A model generated the notes under the pieces. That model did no database searches and was not told the origin of the DNA. It saw only the letters and a program-made list of their open reading frames with translations. Positions 22,506 to 33,555 of a DNA stretch of 64,000 nucleotides are shown in pieces. Where the stretch lies: assembly GCA_004431415.1 (NCBI GenBank), contig QPMI01000522.1, positions 62,001 to 126,000 on the forward strand, given 5' to 3'. Positions within the stretch are counted from its first letter, which is position 1. Every line of letters starts with the position of its first letter. The stretch is from Cyanophora paradoxa CCMP329. Taxonomy: Eukaryota; Plantae; Glaucophyta. The position numbers and the translations under genes are program-made.

Positions 22506-24047
22506 CTAGAGGGTCGGAAGGTCCTTGGGGACGTAGTCCTCGCCCACCGCCGAGATGAACATGTGCTGGAGAAGGCGGATCAGCGGCCGGGCGGTCGAGA
22601 GGCGAACGGTCAGCGGGCGGGCGTGCGCACGCCGGGCTTGTGCGTAATGCAGATGTCGGTCTCTGCGCGCGCGCGGGGTTTGGATCAACGCGGCGGGAGC
22701 GGCGCTGGACGGGGCGGTGCGCACTGGCGGAGATGGCGCCGACGATGGCCGTCACGCCGCAGCACCAGAAGACGGGCACCTCGCCCGGCCGCACCGTCAC
22801 CGCGTCCCCAAAGTCCACCTGCCCCCGGCCCGTCCTTTACAGGCGAAGAAGCAGGGGGCCGGGGGCGGCCCGGCCCGGTCGGGGCTCGGGGACCTTGGCG
22901 AGGTCCTGGATGCCTATCTCGGCGGGGCTCCCGACGTGGACCTGGTCCCCCCCGTCAGAGGGCGGGCGATCTCAGCGGGCGGGGCGGGGCGGGGCGGGGC
23001 GCACGGGGCCGCCGTGGGCGGAGCTGAGCTCGGTCGTGATCTGCGGGCCCGGCCCGCTCGCCCAAGGCCGGGGCGGCCGGGGCGGCCGGGGCGGGCGGGC
23101 CGGCCGGGGCGGGCGCGCGCACCCGCGTCGCGGCCTCGACCTTCTCCGGGGCGACGGGGCGCATGGTGACGACGAGGTTGCAGTGGAAGGGCCCCGCCGA
23201 GGCACACTGCGCGCGTGGAAGCAGCGGGTCAGAGGCGGGGCCGGACGCTGCAGCTGCGGGCCAGCGGGTCGCGTGCGGGGCGGGGCGCGCGCCGGCTTGC
23301 TCGTCCGATACATGCTGACGTTCTTGCCCTCGTCTGCGAAGGCCGCCGCGAAGGTGGGTCGCGTCAGAGCGGGCGGGGAGCGCCGATGCCGATCCAGGGC
23401 GGACCGATGTTGCGGACGGGGACGCCGCCGGCCTGGAGCGCGCGCTCGAAGCTGAAGCTGCAGCCGAGGAAGAAGGACACGAAGTCGTCGCGCCACAGGT
23501 CCGCGATGTCGGTGCGCTCCTCGGCGAGCTGCGGCGAGCTCGACGAGGCGCAGCGACAGACGAGCGCGCGCTTTAAATTCCGCTCACCTCGCCGTTCCTG
23601 TAGACGTAGTACCTGAAGCACAGGGCATGAGCGCTAGCTGAGCCATGGCTAAGGCCGGGGAACCAAGCCCGCTTCGCCGCGCTCACTTTGGGATGTCGGT
23701 GCGCACATCGCCGCCGGGGCAGATCCGCGCCGGCTCGTACTGTCCCTGCGCTCGCGCGCGGAGCGCGGCTCAGCGACTCTGCGACGGCGCTGCTCGCGTG
23801 CATGTCGCGCACGGGAGGGCAGAGGTCAACTAGCGGACAGGCCGCGTAGTTCAGCCTGCAGAATTCGAGGAAGTCCTGCACTCCGCGTCAGCGGCGGGCC
23901 AGCGGAGCGCGCCGTACGCCGCACCTTGGCGACGGCCTTTGGCAGAATGACGACGTTGGTCTGCAGCGTGCCGGGGACGAGGCCACTGGTGGGGCGCTGG
24001 TGTCGACCTGCACGGATCTCCGCCCTCAGCTCGCTCTGCCCCGTCAT
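22506..24047 (-). CDS. DUF1445/UPF0317 family protein (D-glutamate cyclase-like / YcsI-like putative hydro-lyase), spliced
   Basis: [114 protein letters not shown]. Confidence 0.88.
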
Positions 24048-24226
24048 GTCTGGTGTGTGTGTGCTCGCTTTGCCCCGTCAGGCACGCCTGTGTGAGCGGC
24101 CCCGATCCACCGGGGTACACGTCCGGCGGAGCTTGCACGACCCCGGCCTGGCTGTCGTGAAGCAAGATAGAGCATCACTCGGAAGCCCGGCCGCCGCGCC
24201 ACCCTTCTCCTTCCAGCTCGAGAAGC

Positions 24227-27027
24227 ATGAAGCGGCCCGCGAGCACCAGCTTCGCCCTGGAAGTGCCGAAGCTCCCGAGGACGCCCAGCGCAGATCGGCT
24301 CAATGCGATGCGCGATACTGTGTTGGTGCGTGGTATTCGCCGCGTGTGACGCAGCCTATGCAAGTTCGCGAACCCTGCAGGCCCGCCTGCAGTCAGCCTA
24401 GCTGCTGTCAGAAGTTGAAGCCGCCACCTAGATTTAGTTTCAGGCGCTCCTGCTGACGTGTAGCGCGAGCTGACGTGCTGCTTCGTGGCTGGTGCGTTTG
24501 TCGCAGGTCCGGAGCTTGCCGCACATCAAGGACCTCTATCCCGAGACGATGCCCATGCCATCACCACTGGCAACCTCGGCTCACGGTGTCTCGGCGCCCA
24601 CCGACGGCTCTGGCGGCACGGACTGTTCGCTAACCTTCGTGCGTGCTGGACTCGGGCTGGGCGGAGCGCTGCGGCTCCTTAACGATCCGCAGGTCGAGCC
24701 CGGCACGCTTGTGCTCGCGGACATCGTGTTCCGGGAGATCGAAACTGACGAGAAGCCGCTCACGGTCTCCGGCCCCTTCTACCTGCGCGCCGGCCCTTTC
24801 GAGGAGATCTTCTGCGACCCGAAGACCGTGAAGGCGTGCATCGTCACGTGCGGAGGTTCGTGCGGCCGCCCGAGCGAAACTTCCCTACGCTCCGCCGCTC
24901 ACCTTCGTCCTCGTCCCCCCCCCCCCCCCCCCCCCCTCCCCCGGGGGCTGGCCTCCAGGACTCTGCCCCGGTGCGGCACATCGCTCCCACATACAGACGT
25001 ACACCTGATTGCTCCGATCTCTGATCCAACCCTCCCCCCGCAGGTCTCAACAACGTGCTTCCCCGCTCCCTTCGAAGCCTCCCCGCGCCGCCCGCCCGCG
25101 CGAGCTGAACGGGCCGCGCGCTCAGGTGATCCGCGAGATCGTCATGACGCTCTGGCGTGCACGTACCCGTCCACGGCGTGCCCTCCCCTTCCCCTCTCAT
25201 GCTTCTCTTCGTTCGCAGGTACAACTACGGCTGCAAGGATATCTACGGAATCCAGTACGGGTCCGCGCGCCCCTGCGGCTGCCCCTGCGGAGGCCTCTCG
25301 CCGCGCTGCACCCCGCGCCGACGGCCGCGCCGGCAGATACCGCGGCTTCTACGATCCGGCGCTGGCGATTCTGAAGCTCGACCCGACGCGCGTCTCCAAC
25401 ATTCACCACCAGGGCGGCACCATCCTCGGTCCGCCGCCCCGCCCCGCCGCCCCGCCCCGCTGCTCCGGCTTTGAGCCAAGCCCCGCCTCGCAGGCTCCTC
25501 CCGCGGTGGATTCGATAAGGAGGCCATCATCTCCAGCATCATCGACCACGGTACCCCCACCCGCCCGCCGTACCCCGGGACGCCCGCCGAGCCCGCCCCA
25601 GGGTTCAACCAGGTGTACATCGTCGGCGGCGACGGCACGCACCGGGGCGCCCAAATCATATTCGACGAGTGCTACAGCCGCGGCCACAAGGTGAAAGCGC
25701 CGCACCCCCCGTATCCGATCGCGTACTCCGGCTCGAGCGTCGGGCGGGGGGGTACAGGTGCTGGTGGCGGGCGTGCCGAAGACGATCGACAACGACATCG
25801 CGATCATCGACAAATCCTTCGGTTCGTAGTGGGGGTACCGCGCTCGGAGGGGGGTACGCGCCGACGCGCCCCGCAGGCTTCGACACGGCGGTCCAGGAGG
25901 CGACCCGCGCCATCAACAGCGCCCACGTGCGATGTACCCCCTGCACGAAGTTTTCCCCCATTCCGACGCCAGTACCCCCCAGGTCGAGGCCGAGTGCGCG
26001 CCGAACGGTATTTCCATCGTCAAGCTCATGGGCCGCAACGCCGGTACACCCCGAACGCTTGTCCACGCCGTACCCCCCTCGACCCCTGCACCCCAGGCTT
26101 CCTGGCCATGTACGCCGCCCTGGCCAGCCGCGACGTGAACGTCTGCCTCATCCCGGAGGTCCGCATCGTACCCCTGCCCCGCCCCGCAACCCCGTACCCC
26201 GGACCCGAAGCGGGGGAGTACCTGGCAGGTCAAGTTCCGCATGGAGCCGCTGTTCGCGTACCTGGAGCGGCGGATCCGCGAGCGGGGCCACGCAGTCGTG
26301 CTGGTCGCCGAGGGCGCCGGCCAGGACCTGCTCCCGGTACCCCCGTCTCTCCTTCCCCCCCCCCCCCCCCCCCCCCCCCCCGTCGACCAAGCGGGGCGCG
26401 CGCAGGCGACGGGGGCGACGGACGCGTCGGGGAACGTTCGCCTCGGGGACATCGGAGCGTTCCTCAAGAAGGAGATCGAGGGCCACTTCAAGAAGGCGAG
26501 GCCGCCGTACCCCTCCCCGCTTCGCCCCCCCCCGGCTGAGGCGTACCCTGGCCCCCAGATCAAGATGGAGAGCAACGTCAAGTACATTGACGTGCGTACC
26601 CCCTTTCCCTTCTTAGGCGTGCCGGCCGGCACGCTCGCTTACCGAACTCTCGAGCGCAGCCGACGTACATGATCCGGACGCTGCCGGCCAACGCATCGGA
26701 CACGGTGTACATCGCGCAGCTCGTCCAGAACTGCGTCCACGGCGTCATGGTGCGTGCACGTACCCCCCTCCGTTCCGCCCCTCCCCCGACTCCGGTGCAG
26801 GCGGGGTACACGGGCTTCACGGTGGGGATGATCAACTCGCGGGTGGTGTACCTTCCCTTCGAGGACATCTGCGGGCGGCCGCAGCACGTGGACCCGTCCG
26901 GGCGCATGTACCAGGTACCCCCAGAACTTCCTCCCCCCCGGCCTTCCTCCCCGCCCCTGCCCGGCTCTGCAGCTGATCCCGCGCACAGCGCCTCATCGCC
27001 TCGACGGGCCAGCCGTCGCTGTATTGA
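24227..27027 (+). CDS. PFK: ATP-dependent 6-phosphofructokinase, plant/group X type, intron-rich
   Basis: [91 protein letters not shown] together with PKTIDND is the group X ATP-PFK signature. The start at 24227 is inferred. Confidence 0.93.
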
Positions 27028-27379
27028 GCCCGGTCGCTATAGCTGTGTGTATGTGAATTGGCCAAAACGTAACCAGAAACTGCGAGTCGGCGTCCCTCTT
27101 GCATAGCAGATGCGCAGTGTTGTCATTGCCGAGTCGGCAACGACTCGAACGTGCACGCATGCGCACATCGTGGCACGAGCTCGAGGCCAGCTTGCAGACC
27201 TAGGCCTAGAGCTAGTCGACGTCGCTGATCATGAGATATATATACTATGATATGAATCCGCGATCGAAGCTAGGGCAGACGTCCACCTTCGAACTGCATG
27301 CGCAGATCCGCATGCGCCACTTATATAGCTCTCAGCTGCAGAGTCTAGATCTCTTAAAGCTTCATATATAATGATTATA

Positions 27380-27383
<4 letters not shown>

Positions 27384-27409
<26 letters not shown>
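27384..27409. repeat. (GTC)n microsatellite
   Basis: Directly visible. Confidence 0.8.
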
Positions 27410-27410
<1 letters not shown>

Positions 27411-28357
27411 TGTCCAGGCACTGTTATCGATCATGAGGCTATCGCTCTACCGGGCGCCGGCAGTCACTGAGTCACTGAGAGACAGGGCGCCGCATGAGAG
27501 AAGGGGCGCAAGGGCACGGCGGAGGGAAAGAAAGAGGCTAGGAGGGAGTCGAAGTGGGGTCGGAGGCAGGAGAAGACCCGCGAGCTGGTGATGTCGATGG
27601 ATCCAGAGAGGGCCTAAGCGCCTAAGAGAGGGCTGCGAAGCAGAAGAAAGGCCGGGCGGGGCCGGCGCCGGATCCCGGAACAGGCGGCAACGTGGCCCTG
27701 CATCTGCAGCTGCAGCTGCAGAGCACAGAGAGAGACTCTGAGACGAGGTCGATGAGACGAGGTCGAGGGCGCAAGAGCCCGACGAGGGTGCAAGGCCCCG
27801 AATATCGTAGTACGTATGAATCTCACGTGCACGAGCGCCAGGAGAGCGGGGCAAGCCTGGCAGGCCCCACATGCGCAGGAGACACACGAGGAGCCGATCG
27901 CGAATCGAGCAGGCCCTGAGGGAGCCCAAAAGCAGGGAGCCAGAAATTTGAAAGACGCAGAGACCGCGAATTCGACAAGCTCGCGATCGGCGACTCTCGA
28001 CGGCGAGCCAGAAATTCTTAATTAAAAACGCGGACACCGCACAATTTTAAAGACGCGGACACATCGCGATCGGATTCGCGCGAATTGCAAGCGGGCCAGA
28101 TCTAGAGTCGAGGGGGAAGCCGCGGGTTAACGTTGGAACAGGGCAGGTTGGCCGAAGGGTACGGAGAATCGCCTATAGCTATATAGCTATAGCTAGCTAG
28201 TCCGACGGTCGAGGGCTGACTCCCCGGCTGATCATGAGGCGAGAGTTCGAGAAGCCGGCTCGGCGCCGCGCCGCGGCGGCGGGGTGCACGTGACTGATCA
28301 TGAGCTCCCGTGAGAGGTGAGAGACTCTGCAGCTGAGCTCGAGAAGTTGTCACCAAG

Positions 28358-29075
28358 TAGGGGTGCGGCTTGCCGGCCAAAAAGTCGGCTTAAGCCAAGC
28401 CAAGCCCCGGGCGCTCACGTGCACGGTCAAGCCAAGCCAATTGCAAGCCGGCCGGCCGGCCGGCCCAAGGGCTTGGGCTCCCGGCGGGGTCAAGCCCTTG
28501 GCCGGGCTTGCGGCAAGCCTAAGGGGGGGTACCCTTCCGCAGGCCCTTGGCGCTGTGGCGAAATGCTTATATATATATTTAGCTTCGAATTCACAAAGAA
28601 ACGCATCATGTCACAAAGAAACGAGAACGCGGCCGGCTGCGGCCGTGCCGCGCATGGATGTCGATCGACGGGCCGTGCGAGCTCGAGTGCGAGCTCGAGG
28701 GGGTACGTATATACGTATACCGTATACGTATATACTATATATGATATACGTATACGTATACCGTACGTACCGTAGTACGCCGGCGTGTGCACGCGTCTGT
28801 TAATTATAATTAATGCACGTTGCCGTCGCAGGCTTATAGCTTAAGCTTCTAATCAGCTTCGATTCGAATATTAATGCGCTGCAGGCGCGCAGCTGCGTCG
28901 ACGTCCGGCACCCCCCTCCGACCCCCCCCCCCCCCCCCCCCTCCCCCTCCAGGGCTTGAGCCGGCTTGAGCCGGCCAAAAGCCGGGCAAGGGCTTGACCC
29001 CCCAGCCCGGCTCAAGGGCTTGCAATTGGCTCAAGGGCTTGCCTGCAAGCCGCAGGCCTATCACCAAGCCCACGG
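28358..29075. mobile_element. Two oppositely oriented putative DNA-transposon ends (hAT-like) with CAAGCC/GGCTTG subterminal motifs
   Basis: 28436-28522 (GCCAATTGCAAGCC..GGGGTCAAGCCCTTG..CAAGCCTA) resembles the reverse complement of 28950-29050 (CAGGGCTTG..CAAGGGCTTGACCCCC..GGCTTGCAATTGGC). No transposase seen. Confidence 0.4.
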
Positions 29076-29804
29076 GCCAAACTTGACATGTGATTTCATG
29101 CAAATCGAAAAAGGCTCATCTTGTCCCTTTCATCACGGCCGATATTTCAAGTTTCAAATCCTTTTTTCTTTCGTCCTAGATTTCTCGCTAGTGGTCGGTG
29201 CCGATTTCCGCATGCGCAACTTCAGCGCAAGCCTCAAACTGGAAGCCTACTCGCAACTTGAGTCGCAAGCGGCCGCTTAGCGGCGTAACGTCAACTGCGG
29301 TAAGCCTTTGATCATGAGAACTCTCTAGATCTTGAAGCCTTGAAGCCTTGAAGAGCTTGCGATCAAGCCGAACCGAGACGAGCCGAGCCGCTCGAGGGTA
29401 CTGCCGGCGCCAGGCTGGCACATCGCGGACGGGTCAGCAGGCCTGCATCAGGCTGCATGATATAGCAGCAGGTCCAAGCCTTGAAGAGAGCGGCCGGGCG
29501 CTAGCGCTGCATGCACTGCGGCATGCGCAGCTGGAGCCGCGGCCCGTGCATGGCCGCGGGCCGAAGGCCGCTAGTCGAGCCGGCTAGCCAGTCGGCTTGA
29601 TTAGGGCCGCATGCGGCATGCCTATATATAGCTACCGCCGCCGGTCCGGCGGTCCGAGTCCGCGTCGACGTCGACTCTGCGTCGACTTTGCGATTCCCAT
29701 GATTCATCGATATCGGATCGATCGGCGATCTTGTAACTTAGTAAGTTGACCAGGACCTGCGGCTTGCAGTCAAGCCCATGTTCATGAATCAAATAATTGC
29801 AGCT
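29044..29804 (+). repeat. Left copy of ~761-bp direct duplication flanking the retrotransposon
   Basis: Runs TGCAAGCCGCAGGCCTATC..AAATAATTGCAGCT. By eye it matches 37597-38358 except one G in a homopolymer. Confidence 0.95.
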
Positions 29805-32540
29805 ACTGAGCCTACTGATAGCCTACTGAATCGCACGGAGGACACGGAGCTGGGCAGAATCATTGGCTCGCTGAGAAACGGGGCGGCAGGGCCCTCGGGC
29901 CTCTCGAATGAAATGATTAAGATGCTGTGGAGTGACCCTGTCCTCCCCAAGAAAACGCTCGAAGAGCTGAAGAAAGCGGGCCTGGACACCTCGGCCCTCC
30001 AGTCCGAAAACAGAACGCCAACCTGCAGGCGGCTTCTACTGGTGACGGTCAACCTGATTCTAGAGCTCGGAGCTGTTCCTGAACCTCTGCTCTACGGAAA
30101 TATCTGCCTGATCCCGAAGAGCGGGGAATGGGACGGGCACCCTGACAACGTCAGACCGATAACACTGCAAGAATGCGCCCTGAAACTGGTAACAGCTCTT
30201 CTCACGGATAGACTCTCCAGGATCATCCGAAAGAACGAACTACTGAAGGGCGCAAACTACGCCTTTACACGTGGTAAATCGACGGACGAGCCGCTCTACA
30301 TGATGCGCGCATTACTTGAAGATGCGAAACAGTTCTCTAAACCGATCTACCTGCTCCTCCTTGACATCCGTCGAGCCTACGACAGCGTGAGCTGGCCCAG
30401 CATGGCGATGGCCCTCCGCCGCCTCCGCATCCCTGAGAAGTACATTCAGCTGTACGAACAGCTCACGACGCGGCGCAAGGCATCGGTCCTCACCGGGTAC
30501 GGCCCCACCGAACCGTTCGATGTCGAGTGCGGGCTTCCCCAGGGGGGTACGGAATCGCCTATCCACTGGCTCATCTTTTACGATGTCTTCCTTACGGCCC
30601 TGCGCGAAGTCAGCGCGGCGGAGGGTACAACATACCGCATGGGGCCCGGGATCGCACCTCGCCCGGCCCCCCCGCCAGCTCACCGCCTCCGGGCTCACCT
30701 CCCCGACGTTGACTCGCCAGGGCAGGCCTACGCGGACGACACCGTGCTCATCAGCTCGTCCGCGCGGGGGGTACAACTGCATGCGGACCTGGTATCGGAA
30801 TTCTTCTGGATCCACGATATCGCCCTGAACGCGAAGAAGACTGAGTTCACTTATAACAACGTATCTCCCGAGCCCAAACCGCCCCTCCTTGGCCCGCCTG
30901 GGGCTAAGGAGCGTGCGCACCACGTCCTGCCTCCGACGAAGCCCTTCAAGTTCCTGGGGTCTGGTTTACCGCGGACCTAAATTGGAGGCATCAGTTCGAA
31001 GCGGTCTACACGATGGCGCAGACCGCCTGCGCGATCCTCAAGAAAAAGAAGCTCACCGCAAAGGAAGCAGTGTACATTGTGAACAGCGTACTCATCCCGC
31101 GCATCACGTACGCCTGCAAGGTTGTCGCGTACACCGAGCGCCAGTGCGCCCAGATAGATACCCTGTGGATGACGCTAGTCAAGCATCAGGCGCGCCTCCG
31201 CCGCTCGGCGCCCAACGCCCTAATATGGAGCCGCGGATTCTATGGGCTGAAGCGCCTGGCAGACGAGCAGCTCGCCATACACGTCCTAGACGAAACAATC
31301 CGCGCGAACCACCCGACGCTTCGCCCGTATCTCCTCCACCGCGTGTTCGCGGCGCAGGAAAAGCTATGCCTTCCTCTCCCCCCGTACTGCTATCCGAACC
31401 TAGATCCAGGCCCGGCCCTCCGGCGCGATCATCTAGCCCTCGCTATAGCCCGAAATATGAATGCGGAGGGCTACATCCTCGACTCGGGAAGGTCGCACCT
31501 GACTCCGGCCCTCCCGCATCCTCGACTCGAACGAAGATTCGTCCTCACTACGCTTCTACCGCCAGCCCTCCTCCGCAGCGCCGCGCCGTTCCTGTGGGAA
31601 CACGATCTGCTGACGGCGGCGGACATCACGGGCCCGGACGGGCGCACCGTTCTGGACTGGGCGAGCCTCTGGGGCAGCGGCCGCGTCCGCCAGCGTCTCA
31701 GCCGGGCGCCGTCGTGGTTCCCAGACTTCCTCCGCGCAATCTGCGAGCCCGTCCCGCCGAGGAAGCTCCCACGCTCCCTGCGCTTCCCATGCACGTGCTC
31801 AAGCAGGGGGCGCGGCGCCAGCAGACGCTTTTCGAAGCGAACCTGATGAGCCCGCCGTACGTGGAGGGACAGTTCGCCTGGCACCCGCAGGGCTACCTGA
31901 CGCGCATCGTTAGCAAATGGGAGGAGCGCGATGAAGACGATGGGCGCCTCCGCGTGTACGTCCGCCTGGAACATTGGATCTGGCGCGACCGCACGATCCG
32001 CGACGGCGACGGGGAGGGCGCCGCCCGATTCTACAAGTGCACGATGCTCAAAGATGAGTGCGATGCGCGGTACACGACGGACGATGCGACAGCCAAGGCG
32101 GCGCGCCAGCGCTGCGACCACTCTGAGCCGGAGTCAGGCGCCTGCCAGTGGACCGAGGACTCCATCCACATTCACCCGGCCCGCCTCCTCGAGCTAATCA
32201 CCCCGGCGACCCGCACGCGGAAGCACGAACCGTACGCGGTTGTGAAGCTAGAGAGTCAGGAGTGGTGGACCGAGTTCCGCACGACGCTCTTCCTTCCTCC
32301 GTGGGAACGCGATTGGGATTACGAAGCGGATCCCTCCGCGCAGCCCCAGCCGCCGTCGGGCTACAAGCAACGCCGCCCGGGTACAGTGCCACCGCGCACC
32401 GCACCGCCTGTATACCCGGATCGCCAGCCTCTCGAGCACTTTCTCATCGACCCGGAGCCCCTAGCCGACCCGTTCTGGAACCTCGTAGCCCAGGAGCTTC
32501 GCCGCGAGGAGCTCCCCGCTGCCCGGCCCCGAGAGTGGCG

Positions 32541-33555
32541 GCGACCGATGCCAGCACAACGGGGTTCGGATCCGAGGCGGCGCTAACGGCTTACGCGGGT
32601 GTCTGGACCCGGGACCACGAGCAGAACGCGGCGCACTCCCCAGCGGATCGGCAGCGGGAAGCCCAGCGCCGCAGCGAAGGTATACAGCTGAAAAACCAGC
32701 TGCTGCGTGAAGCCGATGCATGCGCAGAAGATGACGCCCCACAGGCGGCGGCCCTGCGGGAGCTCGCCGAAGCCATCCCCACGGACGGCAGCGACTTCTT
32801 TGTCGCCCCGTGCCCGGGCACTGTCAACAACAACAAAGGCGAGCTCCTCGCCGTCCTCACGGCCTTCTTAAAGTCGCCCGAGGGCTGCACAGTTAAGACA
32901 GACAGCTCGACGGCGATGTCACTCATCCGCCGCTCTGTCCTGCACCGCGCTGACTCGACGGTCCGCAGCGGCCTTCGCACCAACTTCTCGCACCATCTGC
33001 GAGCGGCTGCAGAAGTCCATCAGCACCGCAGAGCCCTCGCCGCCGCCGCCGGAAGGCCACCCGCCGAGGTCCGCGTACAGAAGGTGAAGGCGCATCAGAA
33101 AGAGTACACTGACCGGCCTGCGCCTGTCGCCCCGGCAGAGCCCGAGACGGACAGCGATGCGGACGACTCCGGATCGTACGTGTCCTACCTCTCCGCCCCG
33201 GACGACCTCCCCCCCGAGCCCTCTGACGCCGAGCTTATCGCCAAATTCGGCGAGGGACAAGGGGTGTACGCCGGGCGCCCGAACCCGCTTTCGGGCGCTT
33301 ATAACTACCTGTCCGAGCACATCCGTGCGCGCACTGCTCACCTCCGCCGCCGCGAGACTCGACGCATTCTCCACCAGATCGAACGTCAGACCCGCAAGGC
33401 GCGCCGGGAGGAACGCCAGCGCCGTCGAGACGCGCTCGCGGCTCTCGGCCCCACGTTCCCGCCCTCGCCGGCCTCCCGATCGCCCAACGCATGGAGAGGG
33501 TACTGAATGATGCGTACGACCGGGATAACCACCGAGCCGACCGCCTCGCCGCAGC
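32541..33555 (+). other. RNase H domain of the LINE, with long insertions
   Basis: TDAS, NNNKGELLAVLTA, VKTDS, KVKAH and NHRADRLA supply the D-E-D-(H)-D catalytic set. Confidence 0.8.

Noticed and set aside
19540-24047. Bacterial contamination or prokaryotic operon (murF plus DUF1445)
   Set aside because: Both genes have multiple spliceosomal introns and are interleaved with eukaryotic genes.
24227-27027. PPi-dependent PFK
   Set aside because: It has GGDG rather than GGDD at the phosphoryl-donor specificity position.
29778-29804. ATG start of the RT ORF (MFMNQIIAA)
   Set aside because: It lies inside the duplicated flank, so it is a fortuitous host-derived start.
30950-33510. Programmed ribosomal frameshifting in the LINE polyprotein
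   Set aside because: The one shift I could localise is in a G homopolymer, and similar 1-bp losses occur in host genes in this window, so sequencing error or decay is more parsimonious.
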